This document shows, one piece after another, positions 20,727 through 29,919 of a DNA stretch of 64,000 nt. Positions within the stretch are counted from its first letter, which is position 1, and every line of letters begins with the position of its first letter. The stretch comes from an uncultured Gemmatimonadaceae bacterium (GTDB lineage: Bacteria; Gemmatimonadota; Gemmatimonadetes; Gemmatimonadales; Gemmatimonadaceae). The position numbers and the translations under genes are program-made. The notes under the pieces were generated by a model. The model saw only the letters and a list, made by a program, of their open reading frames with translations, did not search any database and was not told where the DNA came from. The stretch is taken from the NCBI GenBank assembly GCA_963790305.1, contig CAWBOC010000007.1, positions 160,001 through 224,000 of the forward strand, in the 5' to 3' direction.

Positions 20727-22304
20727 ATGCGTCGTATCCTCCCGGTTCTTGCTGTCGCTGCATTCGCGGGTTGCTCGGACTCGCTCGTCGAGGTGACCCG
20801 CGCGCCCGCGCCAAGCCTCAGTGTCAGCTCGTCGTTGGCACCATCGAAGTACGTCATATTGTTCAGAGGTGGCGCCCCATCGGATTTCGAGAGCAGCGTC
20901 GCTGCTCGCGGCGGCACCGTCGAGCTGATGCACCACCGCTCGGGTATCGCGATCGTCGATGGTCTTTCGCCAGAGGGTGCGCGCGAGATCGAGGCGAATG
21001 TGAGCGTCGAGGCGATCATCCAGGATTTCGAGTACCAGGGTGTGTCGCACCAGGTGGAACCGATGGTCGAGGCGGCCGACGCGGGTATGCTCGACGCGGG
21101 AATGCAGTCGCAGGCCAATCCGGCGACGGCCTTCTTCTACCCTCGTCAGTGGCATCACCGCGCAATCGGGGCGAACGTCGCCTGGGCGGCCGTTCCCCCT
21201 CGTCTGGGCTCGCCTAACGTCGACGTCGCGATTCTCGATAGCGGTGTCGATCACCTGTATCCGGATCTCGTCGGTCTCGTCGACCAGGACCGCGCTCGGT
21301 CATTCGTCCCCGTGGGAAGCCTGACGGAGATCCCGACGAATGCTGCGCAGCAGACGGACAACCAGCTGATTCACCTCTGGTTCCCCGGCTCGAACCGCCC
21401 AGTCTGGAGCGATCTCAACGGCCACGGATCGCACGTTGCGTCCACCGTCAGCAGCCTCGCGATCGTCAGTGCGGGCGTGACGTCGAGGGTTACGATCATT
21501 CCGGTCAAGGTCCTGGCGGCGCGTGGATCGGGCTCCTTCAGCGGCATTCTGAACGGCATTCTCTACGCGACGGATGCTGGCGCCGAAGTGATCAACATGA
21601 GTCTCGGCGCGCTCTATCCGCGTGACGGCAATCGGGGCTTCAACAGACTGCTCGATGAAGCCACGAAGTATGCGCGGAGCAATGGCGTAACGATCGTCGT
21701 CGCAGCCGGAAATGACGCGGTACGGCTACACCCGAGCAATGGAGGGTTGTACGGCGCCTTCTGCTCGACGAAGAACGTCATCTGCGTGTCCGCGACGGGT
21801 CCGAACGCAGGGCCGACCAACGGACCGTGGACGCCAAGCGTCGATTTCCCTGCGATCTATACCAACTACGGCATCCAGTTCATCGATGTCGCGGCTCCCG
21901 GCGGGAACTGGGCCGAGAATGCGCAGGGGCAGATCGTCTCGGCGATCGGCGTGTGGGCCGCGTGCTCCAAGACCACTCTGCAGTACGTGGTGCCGACGGT
22001 GCCTGCGGGCTCGCCGCCGGGGACGCTGCCGGCGCCGCCGTTCTATCGGAAGCAGACGTGCTCGTTGAATCCCAATTCGACGTTCGCGTCAGGATTCATC
22101 GGGACGAGCATGGCATCGCCGCACGTTGCCGGCCTCGCCGCGCTGCTGGTCGAGAACGTCGGCCGCAGCCCCGAGCTGATCAAGTCGATCCTTGCCGAGA
22201 ATTCGGATGACATTCCGGTCTACGGGAAGCCTGGCAAGGATGACCTGTACGGGAACGGTCGGATCAACGTAGTGCGTGCCCTCACCGCCGCCGGCGGACT
22301 GTAA
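20727..22304 (+). CDS. S8 subtilase lipoprotein 2
   Basis: FAGC lipobox, propeptide region, ILDSG / NGHGSHVAS / GTSMASPHVAG. Confidence 0.9.
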   Translation: MRRILPVLAVAAFAGCSDSLVEVTRAPAPSLSVSSSLAPSKYVILFRGGAPSDFESSVAARGGTVELMHHRSGIAIVDGLSPEGAREIEANVSVEAIIQDFEYQGVSHQVEPMVEAADAGMLDAGMQSQANPATAFFYPRQWHHRAIGANVAWAAVPPRLGSPNVDVAILDSGVDHLYPDLVGLVDQDRARSFVPVGSLTEIPTNAAQQTDNQLIHLWFPGSNRPVWSDLNGHGSHVASTVSSLAIVSAGVTSRVTIIPVKVLAARGSGSFSGILNGILYATDAGAEVINMSLGALYPRDGNRGFNRLLDEATKYARSNGVTIVVAAGNDAVRLHPSNGGLYGAFCSTKNVICVSATGPNAGPTNGPWTPSVDFPAIYTNYGIQFIDVAAPGGNWAENAQGQIVSAIGVWAACSKTTLQYVVPTVPAGSPPGTLPAPPFYRKQTCSLNPNSTFASGFIGTSMASPHVAGLAALLVENVGRSPELIKSILAENSDDIPVYGKPGKDDLYGNGRINVVRALTAAGGL

Positions 22305-22310
22305 TAACCA

Positions 22311-22398
22311 GGCGGTCGAGGTAGTCGAGGTCGTCCAGGTCAGCGAGGAAGTGCAGTTTCCTCGATCACCTGGACGACCTCGATCACATCGACTACCT
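22311..22398. repeat. 9-bp periodic palindrome, copy 2 (between convergent genes)
   Basis: GGTAGTCGAGGTCGTCCAGG ... CCTCGATCACCTGGACGACC...CGACTACC. Confidence 0.92.
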
Positions 22399-22690
22399 AT
22401 CCGCCATGCGTCATTGGCGTGCCTAACGGATTATCCGCGGCGGCAATGCGCATCGACCGGCGGAAATGGAGCGCCAGGTCGCTCTCGGTGAGCTTCTGAA
22501 GGATCGTGTCCGTGTCGAGACGGGCGGTCACGTTCCGCGCCTCCGGACCATCGATGTTGCGCCACGCATAGCGGTCGAGCCGTGATGTGCGTCCGTTCGG
22601 ATGCCGAAAGACGATCATGGCGTGGCTGGCCCCCGGCAGCATGACCTCGACGCCCCATCGGACGCCGTCAGACGCCTGAAAGGTATTCAT
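22397..22690 (-). CDS. Hypothetical protein
   Basis: 97 aa ORF, protein-like composition, 2 bp from the upstream gene. Confidence 0.65.
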   Translation of the reverse strand: MNTFQASDGVRWGVEVMLPGASHAMIVFRHPNGRTSRLDRYAWRNIDGPEARNVTARLDTDTILQKLTESDLALHFRRSMRIAAADNPLGTPMTHGG

Positions 22691-22692
22691 CG

Positions 22693-23088
22693 TTAGGTCG
22701 TCGCGCTCGGTACCAGCGGGCGTCGGCTGTCGAAGCCGGCATCACGCTCATGCCAGTGTGCGACCGACGGCTCACCGAGACGCCAACACAGGTAGGCGGG
22801 GTGCCCATCCACCTCGCCTGGAAAGTCCACCAGGCCAATGTCCGGTCCCTTCATCTCGACGCCGAGGTCGTTGAGCTCGCGCACGAAGCCATCGATGGTC
22901 CGTGCGGCCGACTGAATGTCCCGCTGAAGGCGATCGATCTTGACGCTGTCGGGCGCAGGGCTCGCGGCCAGCACGTCCAGCGACTTCACCAGCTCCTGCC
23001 AGCTCCCGTAGTGGTCCACGATGTCCTGGACGATGCGGCGCACGAGCGGGAGGGTGCTGTTCGCCTGCTCGATAGTGAAGGTTTTCAT
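22693..23088 (-). CDS. DUF2203-family protein
   Basis: FTIEQAN..LP; GLVDFP...YLCWRLGEP.V.HWH...GF..RRPL. Confidence 0.82.
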   Translation of the reverse strand: MKTFTIEQANSTLPLVRRIVQDIVDHYGSWQELVKSLDVLAASPAPDSVKIDRLQRDIQSAARTIDGFVRELNDLGVEMKGPDIGLVDFPGEVDGHPAYLCWRLGEPSVAHWHERDAGFDSRRPLVPSATT

Positions 23089-23174
23089 GTGATGCACAGG
23101 GTGTGCACGCCCCATGCCCGGGTCAAGTCCGCTCGGGGGTGTGCGGCGCTGCGCCGCACGACGATATTCTCTCC

Positions 23175-24029
23175 ATGTCTCCCGCCGCCGATCGGATGAC
23201 CGCCGAGGACCTGACACGCGCCCGCGCGGTGCTCGGGTTGTCTCCGGGCGAGCTCGCCGCCGAAATCGGATTGACGGAACCGGTGGTGCGGGCCTGGGAA
23301 GACGGGTCGCTGCGAATTCCACAGCAGTACGCCATCCAGATCGTTTGGCGTGCCGCCGTCGCCGAGCGGCAGGCGGCGCTCGCGTCGAGCGGGCTTCCCG
23401 AGTGCACCTGGGTAACCCGGTGGATGGATTCCGCACCGCCCCCGGGAGCCGGCGCCCAGCGCGAGCACCTCGACGCCTTGCGACGTCACGCCGCGGTATG
23501 CCCGCACTGCACGGCGCGCGCGCGCTTCGTCGAGCAGAACTTCCCGCCGATGCCCGACCTCCCGATTCCCCCGGCGGTTCGCGCGCTGCGCACAGCCGGG
23601 ACCGCACTCAAGCGCCTACCGATCTGGCTCCGTGCAACAGTCGTGGGCGCGATCGCCGTGGGTGCGCTCACCGTCTTTCGAGTGGCAGGACTGGCGGTTG
23701 CTGGCGAAGGACCGTCCGCGTTGAACGCCCTTGGGCTCATCATCGGTTCGGTCATCCTCGGCGCCTATCAGGGGGCGGTCGCCGGGATCACCTACGCGAT
23801 CGTGCGTGACCCTCTGCGGAGAATCGGGCGCCTTGGCGATTACATCGCCGGAGTGCTGTGCGTCTGGGCGTATCTGCTGGCGTCCGTGCTGCCCTTGCAG
23901 CTTCTGCCGGAACGTCCCGAGTTCGCGCATCCGGACCGAGCGCCCGCGCTTGCGCTGGGTGGCGCCATCGTTGGCGTGATCATCGGCCACGTCTGGTTCC
24001 GGCGTCGCGGAACGCGGCACGGAGCATGA
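23175..24029 (+). CDS. XRE-like HTH + HxxxCxxC motif + about 4 TM membrane protein
   Basis: RARAVLGLSPGELAAEIGLTEPVVRAWEDG; HAAVCPHC; hydrophobic C-terminal half. Confidence 0.65.
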   Translation: MSPAADRMTAEDLTRARAVLGLSPGELAAEIGLTEPVVRAWEDGSLRIPQQYAIQIVWRAAVAERQAALASSGLPECTWVTRWMDSAPPPGAGAQREHLDALRRHAAVCPHCTARARFVEQNFPPMPDLPIPPAVRALRTAGTALKRLPIWLRATVVGAIAVGALTVFRVAGLAVAGEGPSALNALGLIIGSVILGAYQGAVAGITYAIVRDPLRRIGRLGDYIAGVLCVWAYLLASVLPLQLLPERPEFAHPDRAPALALGGAIVGVIIGHVWFRRRGTRHGA

Positions 24030-24033
24030 ATCA

Positions 24034-24345
24034 ATGCACGAGTACCGATACGAGCCTTCGACCCGAGATGCACTCATGACGACGAGCCGTGAAACGAACT
24101 GGATGAATCACCCCGTGCTCCGGAAGCTGGTGGAGGACGCGAACAAGCTGACGCTGGCCGAGCGCATCACGCTGGTGAAGGGATTGATCCCTGCGATCGC
24201 GAATCAGCTCAGTCCGCGTGAGTACGAAGGCTTCGTCGCCGAGATCCAGCTCAAGGGAGAGCGGTTCCACGAGGCGCAATCTCAGAAGGGCGAGGGAAGA
24301 GCGGCGAGGCAGGTGCCCGGAGAGAGAGACCTGGAGGGGAGGTAG
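24034..24345 (+). CDS. Small hypothetical protein
   Basis: Protein-like ORF; may start at 24076. Confidence 0.6.
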   Translation: MHEYRYEPSTRDALMTTSRETNWMNHPVLRKLVEDANKLTLAERITLVKGLIPAIANQLSPREYEGFVAEIQLKGERFHEAQSQKGEGRAARQVPGERDLEGR

Positions 24346-24355
24346 ACCGCTCCCT

Positions 24356-24853
24356 TCAATTCTTGCGTTCGGCGGTCCTCTCCTCGAGCCTGCGCCGCCT
24401 TCGCTCCTGCGCTGCCTGGTAGCGCCGCTTCTCATCTTCCGTCTCCGGCACGATCGCCGGGATCTCCATGGGGCGATGGTTCTGGTCGATCGCCACGAAG
24501 GTGAGATAGCACGAGTTCGTGTGGCGTCGCGCGCCTGTCGAAAGAACTTCCGCTTCGACGCGAACGCCCACCTCCATTGAGGTGCGGCCCACGAAGTTCA
24601 CCGACGACTTCAGAATGACGAGATCGCCGAGGTGGATCGGCTCGCGGAAGTCGACGCGATCGACCGAGACGGTGACGCAGTTCTGCCTCGAGTGACGGAT
24701 GGCCGAGACGGCAGCCACGCGGTCGAGGAGCGAAAGAATGACGCCTCCAAAGACGTGTCCGAGATTGTTGGCGTGTTGCGGCATCATTATCTCGGAGCTT
24801 TCGTGACGCGATTCGCGCACGAATCGCGAGGGCCGCTTGGGTTGGGGACTCAC
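24356..24853 (-). CDS. Acyl-CoA thioesterase (hotdog fold)
   Basis: HANNLGHVFGG, VTVSVDRVDF, VGRTSMEV. Confidence 0.9.
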   Translation of the reverse strand: MSPQPKRPSRFVRESRHESSEIMMPQHANNLGHVFGGVILSLLDRVAAVSAIRHSRQNCVTVSVDRVDFREPIHLGDLVILKSSVNFVGRTSMEVGVRVEAEVLSTGARRHTNSCYLTFVAIDQNHRPMEIPAIVPETEDEKRRYQAAQERRRRRLEERTAERKN

Positions 24854-26028
24854 AGGCGTGGAGTGCGAGGTGAGCGCGGCAGCGCCGCCGCGAAGTGCGG
24901 AGCGCGCCTCGCGGGAGAATGGAACGCCGTCCGCGACTGCTCTGAATAGAGGGCGGCCTCGTCGAACGCGCGTGTAAGCGCGCGTCGCGTGGCGGGATCG
25001 AGCGACGGCTCATTCAGCCAGAGGAGTGAATACGCCGGCGCCGATATTCGCGCGACGGGCCACTCGCGTCCGGCCGAATCGACCATCACCAGCGTCGCGC
25101 GATCCCCCGTCGCATCGTACCGCGCTATCACGGAGAGCCCGCGGCGCTCCCAGCGGTCGAGGCTCGAGTCGAAAGGCGCGACGGAAAGTGTTCCTCTCAC
25201 CTCCGTCCACCAGGCGGCCGTCGAGTCGGCGGCAATCGGGGCAAGGCTGATCATCAGGCCTCCCGCGCGCGACCCGTGACCGGGAGCGAAGAACTGTACC
25301 GCCGGAACGCGCCCATTGCGCACGACGGCGAACGAGGACGGGTCGAAATCGAAGTCGGCAATCGCATCGGCAGCAGCGCGGGCACGCGCGTCGGGGGAGG
25401 CGAGCACGGAATCCAGCGCCAGCGAAAATCGGCGCCTGCCCTCGGCGACAATGCGCGTGGCGGCGGTGTCTCCGAACAGCGCTGCGATGCTCACCTGGTC
25501 GCCCTTTTCGAGATCGAGGACACCTCTCCGCGTCATATGCCATTCAGCGCCCCCCTGAATGAGCCCATCGGCGTGGTACTCGTATGACTGATAGGGTCCA
25601 AAGGCGTCGAGGAGCGCGATTTCGGCGGTCGCCTCGACGACCGGGTGCTCGCTCACGTCCTCTTCGGCGCCGACCCGAGGGTCAGTGGGATGCTCCTCGC
25701 GATACCACCGCTCGATCGATGCGGCGGTGGTGTCCTCGAAGATCGCGACCGAGTCCCCGGTCTTGAGGTCGCGCCGGAACACCCGCTGACCCACGATCAA
25801 CGCCTCGTAGTGGGAGCGGTCGTCATCGGCGACGTATATCTCGTGAAAGCGGCCACGAAGACGAGCCAGCTGCAGCGGCGCCGCGCGAACCTTCAGACGT
25901 CCGTTCTGGCTTCGGACCCAGAAGGTCGAGTCGCCGGCGGCGATGAGGAACTCCGCGCTCGGGGGGGCCACGCGCTCCGTTCGGCAGGCCACGAGCCCGA
26001 GGAGGAGGAGCGGTACGAAGCGCAGCAT
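24850..26028 (-). CDS. Hypothetical lipoprotein
   Basis: MLRFVPLLLLGLVAC lipobox; 4-bp overlap with the thioesterase gene. Confidence 0.7.
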   Translation of the reverse strand: MLRFVPLLLLGLVACRTERVAPPSAEFLIAAGDSTFWVRSQNGRLKVRAAPLQLARLRGRFHEIYVADDDRSHYEALIVGQRVFRRDLKTGDSVAIFEDTTAASIERWYREEHPTDPRVGAEEDVSEHPVVEATAEIALLDAFGPYQSYEYHADGLIQGGAEWHMTRRGVLDLEKGDQVSIAALFGDTAATRIVAEGRRRFSLALDSVLASPDARARAAADAIADFDFDPSSFAVVRNGRVPAVQFFAPGHGSRAGGLMISLAPIAADSTAAWWTEVRGTLSVAPFDSSLDRWERRGLSVIARYDATGDRATLVMVDSAGREWPVARISAPAYSLLWLNEPSLDPATRRALTRAFDEAALYSEQSRTAFHSPARRAPHFAAALPRSPRTPRL

Positions 26029-26133
26029 GCTCCGCAAATATAGCGAACGGTGGTGCGGCTGGCCGAGCGATACGGATTGACCTGTCGATCGTTTACATTG
26101 CAACACTACCCCGTCGTCCCCGACTCCGCCCAC

Positions 26134-27372
26134 ATGCGCAGCATCCTCTTCGCCTCGCTCGCGGCACTCGCCTGCGAGCCAAACGCCAGCGCGCGCGCCT
26201 CGCAGCTCGCGACCGCCGGTTCCACCTCGCAGACCACCGCGCGGTCAGAGTCAGCCGCCCCGCAGAAACCGCAGATCCCGGATACCGCTCGGCGCGCAGA
26301 TAGCGCAATCGTGCGCGGTCTCTACGTGCTGCGCTGGGCGGCACAGAGCCCGGCCCGCATGCAGAAGCTGATCGCCATCGCCGATTCCACGGAGATCAAC
26401 GCGCTCGTCATCGACATCAAGGACGAGTTCGGTTTGAACTACCGGTCGTCGGACACGCTCGTCGCGCGCAACGCCGGCACGGCAGGGACGATTCCGAATC
26501 TTCGCGCGATGATCGATACGATGAAGGCGCACGGGATCACTCCGATCGCGCGCATTGTCGTCTTCAAGGATTCGGTCGCGGCGCGATTGAATCCGCAGCA
26601 TACGATCCGCAAGGCGGACGGCGGCGTCTGGCGCGACAAGGAAGGTCTCGCCTGGGTGAGCGCCTACGATCCGAAGATATGGGAGTACAACATTCGCGTC
26701 GCCGAGGACATGGCGCGTGCCGGGTTCGGGGAGGTTCAGTTCGACTACATCCGCTTCCCCGAGCCGTATCCCAGTCTGCCGAAGCAGGTCTTCCCGACGG
26801 CGAATGGTCGCAGCAAGCAACAGGCCCTCGCGGAGTTCCTTCGCACCGCATGCCCACGCGTGCGCGCCCTCGGCGCCAAGTGCACCATCGACGTATTCGG
26901 GCTGACGACGACCGTCCCCGGCGCGCTCGAGATCGGCCAGCACTGGGAATCCTTATCGCCGCACGTCGACGTCATGCTTCCAATGACGTATCCATCGCAC
27001 TATCCGCGTGGGGCCTTCGGCATCGCGCGGCCAAACGCCGAGCCCTACCGCGTGAACCACGTCGCGATCAAGCGCGCGCGTGAGCGTGACGAGAAGCTGG
27101 GCATCGACGATCCGGGTCACGTGCGTGCCTGGCTCCAGGCTTTCTCACTTCCGCGGATGGTGCCGAAGTATGGCGCGCGGGAGCTCGAGGAGCAGAAGCG
27201 CGCGATCTACGACGCGGGGTACGACTCGTGGATCCTGTGGAATCCGGGGTCACGCTACGAGTCGTTCATGCCCGCGTTCGAGAAGACGACGGAGTCGCGA
27301 CGCAAACGTGCCGACGTGCCGGCCGCACCGACGCCGGTGGTTGCGCCGGCGGCCGAGCCGAAGGGCTCCTGA
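26134..27372 (+). CDS. Putative glycoside hydrolase (DUF4015-like) lipoprotein
   Basis: NALVIDIKD, ARIVVFKD, EVQFDYIRFP, YPSHY, WLQAF, WNP. Confidence 0.8.
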   Translation: MRSILFASLAALACEPNASARASQLATAGSTSQTTARSESAAPQKPQIPDTARRADSAIVRGLYVLRWAAQSPARMQKLIAIADSTEINALVIDIKDEFGLNYRSSDTLVARNAGTAGTIPNLRAMIDTMKAHGITPIARIVVFKDSVAARLNPQHTIRKADGGVWRDKEGLAWVSAYDPKIWEYNIRVAEDMARAGFGEVQFDYIRFPEPYPSLPKQVFPTANGRSKQQALAEFLRTACPRVRALGAKCTIDVFGLTTTVPGALEIGQHWESLSPHVDVMLPMTYPSHYPRGAFGIARPNAEPYRVNHVAIKRARERDEKLGIDDPGHVRAWLQAFSLPRMVPKYGARELEEQKRAIYDAGYDSWILWNPGSRYESFMPAFEKTTESRRKRADVPAAPTPVVAPAAEPKGS

Positions 27373-27375
27373 CCG

Positions 27376-28605
27376 TCAGCGGGCTTTCGCGATGGCGCGG
27401 ACGCCCTCTACCAATCGATCGACGTCGCTTTCGGTGGTGTAGCAGGCGCACCCCGCGCGCACGAGCCCGTCGCGCGCGTGGCCGAGCCGGGCCGCAACCG
27501 TGGATGCATAGAAGTCCCCGTGCGTCGCGAATACCGCGCGGTCCGCCAGCTGCCTGACGACAGCCTCCGCCTGAACGCCCTCGACGACAAAGCAGGCGGT
27601 CGGCGTCCTGGGCGTGTCCGGTTGTGGGCCGTACAGTCGCACACCGGCTATCGATGATAGACCCTTCCATGCGCGGCTGAGCAGTGCATTCCCGCGCGTG
27701 TGGAGAGCATCGAACGACGCCTGGAGCCGCTGCCGACGTGGACCCGTTGTGCGCGCGAGCGAGGCCAGGAACTCAACCGCCGCCGCCGCGCCGGCGATGC
27801 CCTCATGATTCTGGGTTCCTGTCTCGAAGCGTTCCGGCGCCGTGTTCGGCGCGGGCGGGAGCTTGGGAACGTCGAGCGATGAAAGCAGGTCATGGCGGCC
27901 CCACATGACTCCCACGTGCGGACCGTAGAACTTGTAGGCCGAGCAGGCGAGGAAATCGCATCCAAGCGTGCGAACGTCGATCAGCATGTGGGGGGCGTAG
28001 TGCACTGCATCGCAAAAGGTGATCGCTCCAACTGCTCGCGCGAGCGGCACGACGCGGGCGACGTCGGTGATGGTCCCCAGCGCGTTCGATGCTGCGCCGA
28101 TTGCCACGACGCGCGTACGCGGTCCAATCAGCGCGGCAAGGGCATCGAGATCCAGCGTGCCGTCCTCGGTGCGCATCGGCGCGATCTTTACCGTCAGCGA
28201 GTTCTCTTTGGCGGCCTCCACCCACGGCGCCACGTTGGCCTGATGGTCGAGCTCGGTGACGATGAGCTCGTCGCCAGCGGTGAACGTTCGCGCCAGTGCG
28301 CGAGCGATGTGGAAGGTCAGCGTCGTCATGTTGGCGCCGAAGGCGATCTCCTCCGGCGCGCCACCGACGAAGTCGGCCAGCGTCGCTCGCGACGCCTCGA
28401 GCATTGCATCGGTCTCAGCGCTCGAGGGATAGTGCCAATACGTATTGGCGTTGTGCTCGAACAGATACTCGGTGATCGCATCGACCACCTCGAGCGGAAC
28501 CTGGGTACCGCCGGGGCCGTCGAAATACGCCACACGCTCGCCGGAGTGTAGCCGCGAGAGCGCCGGAAATCGCGCGCGAATCTCCTCGACGCTCGCGACG
28601 CTCAT
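27376..28605 (-). CDS. Cysteine desulfurase-like class V aminotransferase
   Basis: YFDGPGGTQVP, LDHQANV.PW, DAVHYAPH, CSAYKFYGPH, ETGT. Confidence 0.88.
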   Translation of the reverse strand: MSVASVEEIRARFPALSRLHSGERVAYFDGPGGTQVPLEVVDAITEYLFEHNANTYWHYPSSAETDAMLEASRATLADFVGGAPEEIAFGANMTTLTFHIARALARTFTAGDELIVTELDHQANVAPWVEAAKENSLTVKIAPMRTEDGTLDLDALAALIGPRTRVVAIGAASNALGTITDVARVVPLARAVGAITFCDAVHYAPHMLIDVRTLGCDFLACSAYKFYGPHVGVMWGRHDLLSSLDVPKLPPAPNTAPERFETGTQNHEGIAGAAAAVEFLASLARTTGPRRQRLQASFDALHTRGNALLSRAWKGLSSIAGVRLYGPQPDTPRTPTACFVVEGVQAEAVVRQLADRAVFATHGDFYASTVAARLGHARDGLVRAGCACYTTESDVDRLVEGVRAIAKAR

Positions 28606-29496
28606 GTGCCGATCTCGACGCCGGCGGTGCGCTCGATGACTCGCACGGCCTCGACGTGATCGGCCTCTTCGCCGAGCTCCGCGCGCGCGGCATGAAACAG
28701 CTCCGACGCGAGCTGCGTGAGCGGCGCCGGCAACGCCGGCCTCCCGGGCCATATCGGCGGCGATTCGAAGGTCCTTCTCGAGCAGCGCGAGACGGAAGGT
28801 GCGCGGAAACGCACGAGACAGCACACGCTCGGGGAACAGGTTCATGCTCGTGTTGGATCGTCCGCTCGAGGTGTTGATGACGTCGAGGGCGATGCGCGTA
28901 TCGACCCCGGCCTTCGCCAGCGTCGCCAGCCCTTCGCCTGTTGCCCAGATGTGGATGGCGAGCAGCGCCTGATTGACCGCCTTCACCATGTCCCCTGCCC
29001 CGACGTCCCCGCAGTGCACGATGTTCTTTCCGAACGAAGCGAGGATGGGGCGAATACGCTCGACGACGGCGACATCGCCTCCGCACATGACGGTGAGCGT
29101 CCCCTCCTCCGCGCCGCGCTTTCCGCCACTCACCGGCGCATCGACGAACGCGACGCCGCGCTCGAGAAGGCGTGACGCAATGCGACGTGACGTCACGGGA
29201 TCGCCGGAGGTGCAATCGACGAGCGTGGCGCCGCGGCGGAGTCCGGCGAGCAAGCCATCGTCACCATCGAGCAGGCCCTCGACCTCGCGCGACGTCGGCA
29301 GGCAGGTAATGACCACATCCGATTCACGCGCCGCGTCGGCAGGCGTCCGCGCGACGCGTGCGCGCACCGACTTCGCCAATCGATCGGCCCGCTCGCGCGT
29401 ACGGTTCCAGACGACGAGATCGAAACCGTGGGCCGGCAGGTGCTGAGCCATGGGCGCGCCGATGGCGCCGAGGCCGAGAAAGGCGATGGTGGGCAT
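28602..29496 (-). pseudogene. 3-hydroxyisobutyrate-dehydrogenase-family oxidoreductase with a frameshift near 28730 (apparent fusion to the next gene)
   Basis: GLGAIG, DAPVSGG, VKAVNQ; natural C-terminus PAPLTQLASELF...GVEIGT* is in another frame and ends in an ATGA overlap. Confidence 0.8.
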
Positions 29497-29540
29497 GGGA
29501 GGCGGCAAGTTGGCGCATCGCGGGGTCGGGGGCCAGAGGC

Positions 29541-29580
29541 CGAATGCGGAAAGCGGAATGCGGAATGCGGAATGCGGATT
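29541..29580. repeat. (GGAATGC)n left arm
   Basis: CGAATGCGGAAAGCGGAATGCGGAATGCGGAATGCGGATT. Confidence 0.93.
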
Positions 29581-29613
29581 GAAGGCGATCGCCCCTCAGG
29601 ACAACTTGCGCTC

Positions 29614-29849
29614 ATGCGGACGACGCTCCGTCTCGATCTTCCTTCCATCCACGCCGTGCGCGCGGTCTACACAGCGCTGCAAGGCATCGAGGGCATCGCG
29701 CGGGCCGACGTGTCACGGCGCGGGGCGACCATCGAGCATGATGGCGGAGCGACTGCGGAGCGGCTCCGCCATGCCGTCGCGCAACCGCTGGGTATGAGGT
29801 CCTCGAGATCCACGAGGAACGACGGCGACTGACCGTGAGAGACGACTAG
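29614..29849 (+). CDS. Small HMA-fold-like protein lacking CxxC; frameshift near 29780
   Basis: LPSIHAVRAVYTALQGIEGI; the alternative frame gives an HMA-type end ATAGYEVLEI. Confidence 0.55.
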
Positions 29850-29910
29850 ATGCGAAAATGCGGATCGCCGTTGTCGGCAATCCGCATTCCGCATTCCGCA
29901 TTCCGCATTC
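29849..29910. repeat. Short G-arm plus (GCATTCC)n right arm
   Basis: 29879-29910 is the reverse complement of the last 32 nt of the left arm with 1 mismatch. Confidence 0.92.
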
Positions 29911-29919
29911 TCGCGATCT

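Noticed and set aside
27376..29508. 710-aa dehydrogenase-desulfurase fusion in the ORF track
   Set aside because: Artefact of a frameshift near 28730; the true dehydrogenase end is in another frame and overlaps the desulfurase ATG.
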